The position numbers were made by a program, and so were the translations under genes. Below are positions 17,105 through 24,674 of a DNA stretch of 32,000 nucleotides, piece after piece. The DNA is from Thermodesulfobacteriota bacterium. GTDB lineage: Bacteria > Desulfobacterota > WTBG01 > JAGOGO01. The stretch covers positions 210,001-242,000 of the forward strand of contig CP113000.1 in assembly GCA_026625185.1 (NCBI GenBank). The letters run 5' to 3'. Positions within the stretch are counted from its first letter, which is position 1. Every line of letters begins with the position of its first letter. The notes beneath the pieces were generated by a model. That model was given only the letters and a program-made list of their open reading frames with translations, had not been told where the DNA came from and ran no database searches.

Positions 17105-18922
17105 ATGACGTTTCTGGTGAAGTGGAAACCTGCCCGAAAAGAATGGGATCCTGATCTCCAAAAACCATTTTTGGTTCAGGTTCTTAAAAAAGCGGTGTTT
17201 AGTAATCTGCTTGACCTGGAGTTTTTGTTTTATTTTAAGAACTCGCTCTCGGTTATGTGTGAGATCTGGCTCAAAAGGGTGGGGATTGATCCAATGATCA
17301 ATGCCGGCAAAAACTTTCATGCTTTACAGGATGAGTTTTATAAGGTGCTCGCGCATATCAACCGGGGATTTGAGCTTGAAGTAAATGCCGACTGGAAGGA
17401 CGGCGTGGGAAGATTAATTGAGCTTTGGAGGAATATCGAACGGGAAAATGAAGCGCGATGGAATGACTATAAGGAGGAGCGGCGCAAGGGCGATCCGGCC
17501 AGCCGTTTTGAGCTGAAAGAAGAGCCTAAGCAGGATGTGGCCGATGCTTTCTGGGTGAGCATGTTCAGAAAAGGAAGAAAGTGGAGAAAAGAGGCGCTTG
17601 ACCTTGCGGAGGCAATCGACGGGCAGCAAGCCCGGTTTTTTTTCTCCCCGTTTGAGAGTGATGAACACAAGACTTTTACTGATACCAAGACTCATGTGTT
17701 GAGGGACACTCAGGAAGAATGGATTTATACCAGGCTTTCCTCCAGACTGGGGTTAAGCCCTGGTTATGATTTTCTGGTAGAGACTTTCGCGGCAAGTTTG
17801 AAGACGGTCAAAAAAGCTCAAAGGATTATCCGCGAAGGCAATGCCAAACTTTGGCTGATCAATAATTTTTTTCAGATCAACCGGAGGGAGTGGGTCTATT
17901 TACTGGGAACATTAACCGGCGGTCATGTTCCTTTGGAGCGCTTGTTCGGCAATCTGATCACCACCATCATTCTCAAACACGACCGAAAATCATTTGAACT
18001 CAAAGAAGAGGATGCGGGGGATCTGTTTCGAATTTTTTGGATTCATGGGCTCACGCTTCCCTATGACCAGGCAGAATACGCCGCGCGCTTCCTGCACCAA
18101 GCCATTGTCAATGCCAAAGAATACAAAATTTACGCGGACACGTTCAGAATTTTATCCGCTCTGCACAAAGCCGGAGACAACGGGAAAAGCTATAAAACTT
18201 TTTTTGAGGCGGGCAAGGTTTTGTCCGCTTTGGATAAAGAAATAAATCATATCGTCCAGCACCAGATCTACGAAGCGGACGTTGACCTCTCCGGATTGGA
18301 CGTACCTATTGACACGGAAAAGAAATACCGGTTGTTGATCGCGAAGCTGGAGTTAATGGTGTCGCTGGAGATGGAAATTCATAAGGTGGTGGAAGAAATT
18401 TTCTGGAAAGACATTGAGACGTTTTCCGATCTTATCCGAGCGTATAAGATCCAGAAGAGAAGAAAACATTCCGACAAAGAAAAAGAAACATTAAAAAAAA
18501 TAGCCCAAAAATATTATCTCCGACCAGATGAGAAAAATTTTCTTTCCTATGCTCCCGATCGCTGCTACGTGGGCAAAGAGCTGGGGTACTTTAATGTGAG
18601 AGTGTCGCGGGAAGGGCACGGGGAAACTCCGGGCAAACTTTTATTTGCAAAAAAGACCCAGAAGGTAAAAAGAGACTACCTGATTCCGCCCCTCCATATC
18701 CGCCGGGAATTAATCTCTTTGTGCGGCCGCTACGGAAAGATCATTGCGGACATCACCGACAAGAAAAAAAACCAGGTTTTTCCTGATGCCAAACTCATCT
18801 GGACTCCAACCAAAATTCAGGTCACCGACAAACGATACCAGCGGAAGATCAAACCCCAAACCCTCTACGAGGTTAAGATTAAACAGGCGCTCCCCCGCAA
18901 GCTGAGGGAAAAGTGGGAATAG
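17105..18922 (+). CDS. Hypothetical protein (605 aa), no recognisable domain; Lys/Arg-rich C-terminal region
   Basis: Long uninterrupted ORF with G+C like the neighbouring host genes. Weak RBS (AAGGA 16 nt upstream). The basic tail (KRYQRKIKPQ...PRKLREKWE) hints at nucleic-acid binding; this is inference only. Confidence 0.6.
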   Translation: MTFLVKWKPARKEWDPDLQKPFLVQVLKKAVFSNLLDLEFLFYFKNSLSVMCEIWLKRVGIDPMINAGKNFHALQDEFYKVLAHINRGFELEVNADWKDGVGRLIELWRNIERENEARWNDYKEERRKGDPASRFELKEEPKQDVADAFWVSMFRKGRKWRKEALDLAEAIDGQQARFFFSPFESDEHKTFTDTKTHVLRDTQEEWIYTRLSSRLGLSPGYDFLVETFAASLKTVKKAQRIIREGNAKLWLINNFFQINRREWVYLLGTLTGGHVPLERLFGNLITTIILKHDRKSFELKEEDAGDLFRIFWIHGLTLPYDQAEYAARFLHQAIVNAKEYKIYADTFRILSALHKAGDNGKSYKTFFEAGKVLSALDKEINHIVQHQIYEADVDLSGLDVPIDTEKKYRLLIAKLELMVSLEMEIHKVVEEIFWKDIETFSDLIRAYKIQKRRKHSDKEKETLKKIAQKYYLRPDEKNFLSYAPDRCYVGKELGYFNVRVSREGHGETPGKLLFAKKTQKVKRDYLIPPLHIRRELISLCGRYGKIIADITDKKKNQVFPDAKLIWTPTKIQVTDKRYQRKIKPQTLYEVKIKQALPRKLREKWE

Positions 18923-18939
18923 CTTCTCCCGGAATTTCC

Positions 18940-18967
18940 TTGACAAATTCAGACGATATGCTATCAT
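18940..18967 (+). promoter_or_regulatory. Sigma70-like promoter candidate (TTGACA-N16-TATCAT)
   Basis: Hexamers read directly at 18940-18945 and 18962-18967. This would give a leader of about 180 nt before the ORF at 19154. Confidence 0.4.
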
Positions 18968-19153
18968 TTAAAAATAATTTTAAGCGGGGGATTCTCGCCT
19001 TTTCCTATTTCCTACTGGATTTGGTTTATGGGCATGAAACATGTTTTACATTATATTTCAAGCTTTTCGTACGTTGTTTATCGCATGTAAAAAAGGTATT
19101 ATTTGATATGAATCACCTCGTTTGTATTCTTTTAACCTTAATGGAACCAAAAA

Positions 19154-19927
19154 ATGATGGAAAATTCGTTTTGGACTGTTAGATTTTTTTCACCTAATAC
19201 GGGTGACCATGGAGATGGTGTTGTATTAATGATGAATGGGAAACTATTTGGCGGAGATTCATACTATTACTATATTGGCAGCTATAATATTATAGATAAT
19301 TATTTTGGTGCTACGATTGATGTTACCCATTTTTCTGGGCAACCACTTGCAATTTTCGGCCAGAGTCTGAATTTGAAAATAAGGTTGTCTGGTCAAGTCC
19401 AAGAGCCTGTTATGAAACTTAAAGGTCACTTGGTCAACAACCCTTCTTTAAGAGCGGAAGTTGTTTGCACTAAAGTAACCCAGGCTGGCATGTCACAAAA
19501 AAAAGAAGGGCTTTTTTATGAAGGCCAATACTATGATGCCCAGAGAGTTATCAAAACAATTTTCTCTGATGCAGATCAAAAAATTATTCTCATTGATAAT
19601 TACGTGGATGACATCGTTCTCGACCTATTAACTGTGAAAAAACCAAAAGTAGAAGTTAATATTTTAGGAAAGACAATCAAACCAAGTTTTAAGGCATCTG
19701 CGATTACCTTTAGCAAGCAATATGGCAATCTTTCAATCCGTACTTCAAAAAGTTTTCATGATCGATTTTTAATTATAGATGAAAAAAAATATTATCATTT
19801 TGGCGCTTCAATAAAAGATTTAGGAAATCTTACTTTTATGTTTTCTCTTATTGAGGAGGAATCTGTGGTTAATTCACTTAAGGCTAAACTTTCTCAGGAG
19901 TGGGCTGTAGCAAACGTTGAGATATGA
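19154..19927 (+). CDS. Two-domain protein: GrlR-like N-terminal beta-barrel plus C-terminal single HKD-like (PLD-superfamily / MIT_C-like) domain
   Basis: The N-terminus FWTVRFFSPNTGDHGDGVVLMMNGKLFGGDSYYYYIGSY fits the GrlR-family pattern as I recall it. The C-terminus has HDRFLIID (HxRxxxxD, the HKD spacing) followed by GASIKDLG. AT-rich gene with no clear SD. Confidence 0.4.
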   Translation: MMENSFWTVRFFSPNTGDHGDGVVLMMNGKLFGGDSYYYYIGSYNIIDNYFGATIDVTHFSGQPLAIFGQSLNLKIRLSGQVQEPVMKLKGHLVNNPSLRAEVVCTKVTQAGMSQKKEGLFYEGQYYDAQRVIKTIFSDADQKIILIDNYVDDIVLDLLTVKKPKVEVNILGKTIKPSFKASAITFSKQYGNLSIRTSKSFHDRFLIIDEKKYYHFGASIKDLGNLTFMFSLIEEESVVNSLKAKLSQEWAVANVEI

Positions 19928-19995
19928 TGCACCCCAGATGAAAATTGAATAGTTTGTCTTTCACCAAAACAGCGAATATTATTCATGGAGGAAAT

Positions 19996-20511
19996 ATGAA
20001 TATAAAATACAAAATGTTGTTGATGGTTTTTTTGTTTCCTTTGGTTTTGTGCGCTGCTGGAGAGTCACAGGAGAATGCTCCCCAAGTCACGTCTGAGGTA
20101 ACGTCACAGGAAATTGTTCCCCAAGTCATGCCTGAGGTAAAGCCACAGCAGAATGTTCCTCAAGTCACGCCTGAGGCGCTTGCAATTGCCGGTGCGGTGC
20201 AGTGGCTTAAAGTCACCGATGCTGAGAATTATGACAAAGCCTGGATGTATGCATCCGAGTATCTTAAAAACGCGGTTCCCAAAGATGTTTTTAAAGAGAG
20301 GCTTCAAGGGGTGAGAAGCCCATTAGGCAGCATGAAAAAACGAGTTATGGATGCAGCCCAATATGCCACCAGTCTTCCGGGATCTCCGGATGGAGAGTAT
20401 GTGGTTATAAAATTTAAAACCGAATTTGAAAAAAAAACCAACGCGGTTGAGACGCTAATTTCTAAGAAAGAAGACAGTCAGTGGAAGATAGCCGGATATT
20501 ACATCAAGTAG
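19996..20511 (+). CDS. Secreted DUF4019 family protein, paralogue 1 (with internal 13-aa x3 repeat)
   Basis: RBS GGAGG 4 nt before the ATG at 19996 (the ORF track starts at 19945). Signal peptide. DUF4019-like core: WLK..D..NYDKAW.YAS.YLK...LGSMKKR...LPGSPDGEYVVIKF.T.F...WKIAGYYI. Confidence 0.65.
   Translation: MNIKYKMLLMVFLFPLVLCAAGESQENAPQVTSEVTSQEIVPQVMPEVKPQQNVPQVTPEALAIAGAVQWLKVTDAENYDKAWMYASEYLKNAVPKDVFKERLQGVRSPLGSMKKRVMDAAQYATSLPGSPDGEYVVIKFKTEFEKKTNAVETLISKKEDSQWKIAGYYIK
20068..20184 (+). repeat. In-frame tandem repeat, 3 x 39 nt (QENAPQVTSEVTS / QEIVPQVMPEVKP / QQNVPQVTPEALA)
   Basis: Three consecutive 39-nt units read directly. Only one unit equivalent is present in the paralogue at 20643-21080. 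Confidence 0.85.
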
Positions 20512-20560
20512 CTATCATTCAATTTTCATCAATTAAAACCTTTTGACTCATCAAGTAATA

Positions 20561-20613
20561 GGGGAACCAGACTGGAACCCCACGTGCCCCCTCTTTGGAA
20601 AAGAGGGGGGGGG
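20561..20613 (+). repeat. GC-rich hairpin repeat R1 (GGGGAACCAGACTGGAACCCC plus CCCCCTCTT-TGGAA-AAGAGGGGG)
   Basis: 9-bp stem at 20587-20595/20601-20609. Lies 50-100 nt after the stop at 20511. Related to 21128-21190 and 22007-22040. Confidence 0.7.
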
Positions 20614-20642
20614 ATTGAGAAATATTACTTCCCGGATGGAAT

Positions 20643-21080
20643 ATGAAGATAGGGTATAGGGTTTTGTTAATCTTTTTTGTGTTTCCTTTTTTATTGTTTG
20701 CCGCGGAAGGGTCAGAGCAGAATATAAAAGGAAAGCCGGAGGTTCTTGCGATTGCCAGCGCTCAGCAGTGGCTTGAAATCATTGATGCCGGCGAGTATGC
20801 CGAGGGCTGGGAGAGTGCATCCGAATATTTGAAGAACACGGTTCCCGAGGATGCTTTTAAACAGAAGCTTAAAGGGGTGAGAAAGCCGTTAGGTAAAATG
20901 AAGAAACGAACTTTTGTTTCGGCGCAATATACCGCCCGTTTTCCCGCCGGGTCGGATAAAGAATATGTGGTAATCCAATTTAGGACTGAGTTTGAAAACA
21001 AAGCGTACGCAATGGAGAACCTAACCGCTCAGAAAGAAGAAGACGGGCAGTGGAGGATAGCGGGATATTATATAAATTAG
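20643..21080 (+). CDS. Secreted DUF4019 family protein, paralogue 2
   Basis: Signal peptide. Collinear with paralogue 1 (AQQWLEIIDAGEYAEGWESASEYLKN...WRIAGYYIN). Confidence 0.65.
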   Translation: MKIGYRVLLIFFVFPFLLFAAEGSEQNIKGKPEVLAIASAQQWLEIIDAGEYAEGWESASEYLKNTVPEDAFKQKLKGVRKPLGKMKKRTFVSAQYTARFPAGSDKEYVVIQFRTEFENKAYAMENLTAQKEEDGQWRIAGYYIN

Positions 21081-21127
21081 CGATCATGTACTATTTATTG
21101 ATCCACATAGTTTGTTCATTGTGTAAT

Positions 21128-21190
21128 GGGGGGAAGCAGATTGGAGTTCCCCCTAACCCCCCCCTCTTTTTCGACAGAGGGGTCTGGGGG
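21128..21190 (+). repeat. GC-rich hairpin repeat R2
   Basis: GGGGGGAAGCAGATTGGAGTTCCCCCTAACCCCCCCCTCTTTTTCGACAGAGGGG. Stem CCCCTCT/AGAGGGG. Occupies the same position relative to the stop at 21080 as R1 does to 20511. Confidence 0.65.
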
Positions 21191-21205
21191 AGTTGTAACT
21201 AACAT

Positions 21206-21961
21206 ATGAGCGTTTTAATCGGGCTGCTCGCGGGATTTTTTGGAGGACTGGTGGGGCTGGGCGGAGGGATCGTTATGATCCCTCTGATGGTCGGCATTCT
21301 CAAGGTGGGGCAGCACAAGGCGCATGGAACCAGTTTGGTCGCGCTGGTATTTACCGGAATATCCGGCGCGTTCACGTATGGGATGAAAGGGTCAGTAGAT
21401 CTTACCGCATCTCTATTGATTGCAATTACCGGTATATTTACTGCTCGCGCTGGCGCTCATTATGCGAATGCTCTCGCAGAATGGAAGCTCAAGCGGTCAT
21501 TTGGCGGTTTTATGATTGTCATCTCTCTGCTTTTGCTCATGAAGCCCTACCTTCCGCAGTTCGGTCAATTGTCAATGGGGTGGGGGAAAATAGTGATTTT
21601 TTTGTTGACCGGTATCGCCACTGGCTTTCTCTCCGGCATGATGGGAGTGGGCGGGGGGAGCATCATGGTCCCGGCGATGGTGCTGTTGGCCGGATTCACT
21701 CAACACACTGCCCAAGGAAGCTCTCTGCTGGCCATGGTTCCTGCCAGTATCGTGGGCGCGTTTACCCACTGGAAGTTGGGAAATGTAAACTTGAAGCTGA
21801 TACCAGGTCTCATCCCGGGAATTCTCATAGGAACATTTTTAGGAGGATCGTTTGCGCATCTCCTTGCCGAAGGAATGCTTCGCTTAGTGTTTGTGGCTAT
21901 GCTGATCTGGATGGGGGTAAAGTATTTTCGCAGCACGGTTACTCAGGATGATTCTTTTTAA
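21206..21961 (+). CDS. TauE/SafE (DUF81) family membrane transporter
   Basis: 251-aa polytopic protein with two internal halves, each beginning with a G-rich helix (GLVGLGGGIVMIPLMV and GMMGVGGGSIMVPAMV). Confidence 0.8.
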   Translation: MSVLIGLLAGFFGGLVGLGGGIVMIPLMVGILKVGQHKAHGTSLVALVFTGISGAFTYGMKGSVDLTASLLIAITGIFTARAGAHYANALAEWKLKRSFGGFMIVISLLLLMKPYLPQFGQLSMGWGKIVIFLLTGIATGFLSGMMGVGGGSIMVPAMVLLAGFTQHTAQGSSLLAMVPASIVGAFTHWKLGNVNLKLIPGLIPGILIGTFLGGSFAHLLAEGMLRLVFVAMLIWMGVKYFRSTVTQDDSF

Positions 21962-22006
21962 AACCTATTAACAGTATTTGGAAACGGGTCAACCGGGTGA
22001 TAGATG

Positions 22007-22040
22007 AACTCCCCCTAACCACATTTTTTGAAAAGAGGGG
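22007..22040 (+). repeat. GC-rich hairpin repeat R3 (degenerate copy)
   Basis: AACTCCCCCTAACCACATTTTTTGAAAAGAGGGG shares CTCCCCCTAACC and GAAAAGAGGGG with R2 and R1. Lies about 45 nt after the stop at 21961. Confidence 0.5.
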
Positions 22041-22197
22041 AATTGAAAATAACCGCTTTGTCCAAAAGGAGGAGACGCGTGGAGCAAGTGCAGGGAGCGA
22101 GGGAGCAAAACGATTGAAACAATCTTAAATCCAGCGATCAGGGGCATTAGACAGGGATAAGTAAAAATAAGCTGACCGCTAAATGTGGACGGTTCCC

Positions 22198-22226
22198 TTG
22201 ACTTTATAATTAAAAAAAAGGATAAT
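22198..22226 (+). promoter_or_regulatory. Sigma70-like promoter candidate (TTGACT-N17-GATAAT)
   Basis: Hexamers at 22198-22203 and 22221-22226. Lies about 80 nt upstream of the strong RBS (AAAGGAGGG) and ATG at 22305. Confidence 0.4.
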
Positions 22227-22304
22227 ATATGTTAAGGTAATTGAGGGGAGGGCAAAAAATTATTTTTTCAAATTAATTTTGATTAGTTTGAAAGGAGGGA
22301 TAAT

Positions 22305-22757
22305 ATGAATGGTTCCACTGAATTCAAAGGGCATGAACTGTTCAGATCTCTTAGCATGGAAGGAGTTCATAAAATTAGCCAGATATCAGAAGTAAAGCAG
22401 TTTAAAGCTGGTGATATTATATTTCATCCAAACCAAGAAGCAAAAAATCTCTATATCCTTGTAGAAGGTCTGGTGGCACTCCGTTTTCCCGCCACAGAAG
22501 AGGCTTTTAGTGTCAGCGTCATAAGAATTGAAAAAAACGATTTGATCGGAGCTGGTGCCTTGCTTGGTTCAACCAAATATATTAGTCAGGCGTATTGTGT
22601 CAAGGATTCAAAAGTCCTTTCTATTAATGCGAAAAAATTGCGACAAATTCTTGAAGAAGATAAAGTCGGTAGTTTTGAGGTAATATTAAGGATTGCTCAT
22701 GCATACTTTGAAAGGTATATTTCCTTGATGAACAAAATCCAAAGTATTTTTTCATGA
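22305..22757 (+). CDS. Stand-alone cyclic-nucleotide-binding (cNMP/Crp-type effector) domain protein, no HTH
   Basis: The pattern LF..LS.E....I......K.F.AGD.IF......KNLYILVEG.V is typical of cNMP-binding beta-roll domains. At 150 aa the protein is too short to include a DNA-binding domain. Confidence 0.7.
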   Translation: MNGSTEFKGHELFRSLSMEGVHKISQISEVKQFKAGDIIFHPNQEAKNLYILVEGLVALRFPATEEAFSVSVIRIEKNDLIGAGALLGSTKYISQAYCVKDSKVLSINAKKLRQILEEDKVGSFEVILRIAHAYFERYISLMNKIQSIFS

Positions 22758-22760
22758 TCA

Positions 22761-22805
22761 TTAAAGCCGGTTTCTTTATAGAAACCGGCTTTAATGAATT
22801 TTTAC
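22761..22805 (+). terminator. Rho-independent terminator
   Basis: 14-bp perfect stem TTAAAGCCGGTTTC / GAAACCGGCTTTAA with loop TTTATA, followed by TGAATTTTT. Starts 4 nt after the stop codon. Confidence 0.75.
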
Positions 22806-23081
22806 CCAAATTCTTCAAAATTTATGTATTTTTTCTTCACTTAGGGTTAGAGGGAATTTAAGGGACGTTATGATTGAATATAATCAGAAAAAAATCACCT
22901 TATTTTCTCAACAGGCATTTTGTTTTTTGTTATAAGAAAACATAGGGATCAGGTCTACAGAATTGATAAAGAGCTTTTTAAAGATATAAGTATTTGAAAC
23001 TATAAGTTATTTTTTTTGATTGTAGCGACAGATAACACCAGCACAAACAGAAAACCAAAAATTCCACCTGTGCGGCGCACC

Positions 23082-23822
23082 TTACGCAGCTAAATTTTCT
23101 CTTTTAAGAATCTCTCCCTGAGCGCTGATAATTACTTTTTCAAACGGAATTTTTTTGTTGGCTAACTCCAAACCTTTATGAACGATGAACGGAAGACCTT
23201 GACAGCAGGGCACCTCCATCACCACCACCGTTATGCTTTTGACATCTGCAGTTTTGAAGATTTCTGTAAACTTCTGAATATATGCCTCAACATCATCAAA
23301 CTTCGGACATCCCACCATGACCGCTTTTCCTTTAAGAAAATCAGCGTGAAAGTTGGGATAAGCGATCGGCGTGCAATCCGCCGCCACTAAGAGGTCCGCT
23401 CCTTTTAGAAAAGGAGCTTTGGGCGGCACCAGCCTGATCTGCACCGGCCAGTGAGTAAGGGCTGACTCTTGCACGGGGATGTTTGCTGGTTCAGGTTTTC
23501 CCGCATGAGGCGCAAAAGTTCGTATCTGAGCAGAGGGACATACACACGGCATGGTTTCTTGTTGCAGCGGGGACTCTTTGGTTTTTAAATGTGCTTCTAC
23601 GGCCTTTTCATCAAATTCTTCCACGTCCTGTTCGGTAACCTTCAACGCGTCATTGGGGCAGGTACCGAGGCATGCACCCAAGCCGTCGCAGTATTTTTGG
23701 GAAATAAGTTTTGCTTTTCCGTCAATTACCTGAATGGCACCTTCAGCGCAGGAGGGCACGCACTGGCCGCAGCCGTCGCACTTGTCTTCCTCAATGTGGA
23801 TAATTTTTCGTTTTACTTTCAT
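23082..23822 (-). CDS. 4Fe-4S dicluster ferredoxin-domain protein with Cys-rich C-terminal domain
   Basis: CDGCGQCVPSCAEGAI and CDGLGACLGTCPNDAL cluster motifs. C-terminal EVPCCQGLP motif. RBS GAGGGA. Last gene of the hcp cluster. Confidence 0.75.
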   Translation of the reverse strand: MKVKRKIIHIEEDKCDGCGQCVPSCAEGAIQVIDGKAKLISQKYCDGLGACLGTCPNDALKVTEQDVEEFDEKAVEAHLKTKESPLQQETMPCVCPSAQIRTFAPHAGKPEPANIPVQESALTHWPVQIRLVPPKAPFLKGADLLVAADCTPIAYPNFHADFLKGKAVMVGCPKFDDVEAYIQKFTEIFKTADVKSITVVVMEVPCCQGLPFIVHKGLELANKKIPFEKVIISAQGEILKRENLAA

Positions 23823-23840
23823 GGCGTTTCCCTCGATAGG

Positions 23841-24581
23841 TTATACTGATTCATGTTTTAAAAAAATTTTCTCAGCCAGTTGTTTGCCGGTTGCGGTTAA
23901 AAACGTTCGGTTGATTTTTTCCGACACTTTGTCCGGGGCGAGCTGGGTATCTTCAAGCTTTTCTTCCAGGTTGACAATCTGATCAGCATCAAAAACGACC
24001 TTAAAATTTTTGGTTTCCTGCTCACGGGGATGATGGTGATGACCAACAATATCGCAGACCTCATCGATCAGTTCCGCATCAGCTCCTAAATTCGTCAGGA
24101 TGTTTCGAGCGATGCTTGGTCCTTCCTGCTCCTGATAATGGGCGGCGTTGCTTTGGTATTTTCGCTCGGCTTCCTTGATTCCGATATCGTGGAGATAGGC
24201 GGCGGATAAAACCACCGCCGGATCTCCTTTTTCTTCTTTAATCATCTTTTCAGCGTACCTAGCTACCTTGGTGGCGTGGCCAATCCGTTTAAAATCTTTC
24301 TGGAAGTAGGCCTTCATCTCAATGGCTACCCGATCTTTGAGAAGGTTCTTCCTCTGCGCGACCAATTCCGGCGGTAAATCACCAAGGCAGTCCTTGGCAA
24401 ACTTGCAGTAGGCTGCGCAGCCAAAGTCCATGTTGGGGTTAACCACCTTTTCGCCGCACTTTTTACACCGGCGGGTTGGCTCATCTTTAAAGAACTCCTC
24501 GGCATTGCCGCACTGAGGACATTTAACCTCAAACACGGCATCAGCACTCCAATAGCGGGTGTCTTGTCCCGGACATTTCAT
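23841..24581 (-). CDS. HD-domain phosphohydrolase-family protein with N-terminal Cys-rich (zinc-ribbon-like) region
   Basis: CPQCG...CKKCG...CAAYC...C in the first 70 aa. HD signature (AAYLHDIG...VGHHHHP). Confidence 0.7.
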   Translation of the reverse strand: MKCPGQDTRYWSADAVFEVKCPQCGNAEEFFKDEPTRRCKKCGEKVVNPNMDFGCAAYCKFAKDCLGDLPPELVAQRKNLLKDRVAIEMKAYFQKDFKRIGHATKVARYAEKMIKEEKGDPAVVLSAAYLHDIGIKEAERKYQSNAAHYQEQEGPSIARNILTNLGADAELIDEVCDIVGHHHHPREQETKNFKVVFDADQIVNLEEKLEDTQLAPDKVSEKINRTFLTATGKQLAEKIFLKHESV

Positions 24582-24645
24582 TGATGCATCTCCAATAGTA
24601 GTTGTTAATTATAATAATTATTAGAGGGAGTTTTGCACCCTTTAT

Positions 24646-24667
24646 GGGGCAGGACAAGCCCTGCCCC
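24646..24667 (-). other. GC-rich stem-loop immediately 3' of hcp (GGGGCAGG-N6-CCTGCCCC), no U-tract
   Basis: 8-bp perfect inverted repeat starting 8 nt after the hcp stop on the - strand. It may be a partial terminator or an mRNA-stability element between hcp and the HD-domain gene. Confidence 0.35.
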
Positions 24668-24674
24668 TACATCT

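Noticed and set aside
16858-17320. - strand ORFs at 16858-17100 (80 aa) and 17021-17320 (99 aa)
   Set aside because: They run through the terminator hairpin and intergenic repeat and then antisense to the flanking + strand genes. There are no RBSs.
18913-19182. 89-aa + strand ORF filling the gap between the 605-aa ORF and the GrlR-like gene
   Set aside because: It has a GTG start inside the upstream gene's last codons and no SD. It spans the predicted promoter, is an AT-rich sequence with an implausible Cys/Phe/Leu-rich product, and ends inside the next gene in another frame. Kept only as a remote possibility.
21481-21951. 156-aa + strand ORF in an alternative frame of the TauE gene, and - strand ORFs at 21572-21769 and 21700-21936
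   Set aside because: They overlap a clearly recognisable membrane-transporter CDS. The translated sequences are Arg/Gly/His-rich with no family resemblance. These are shadow ORFs.
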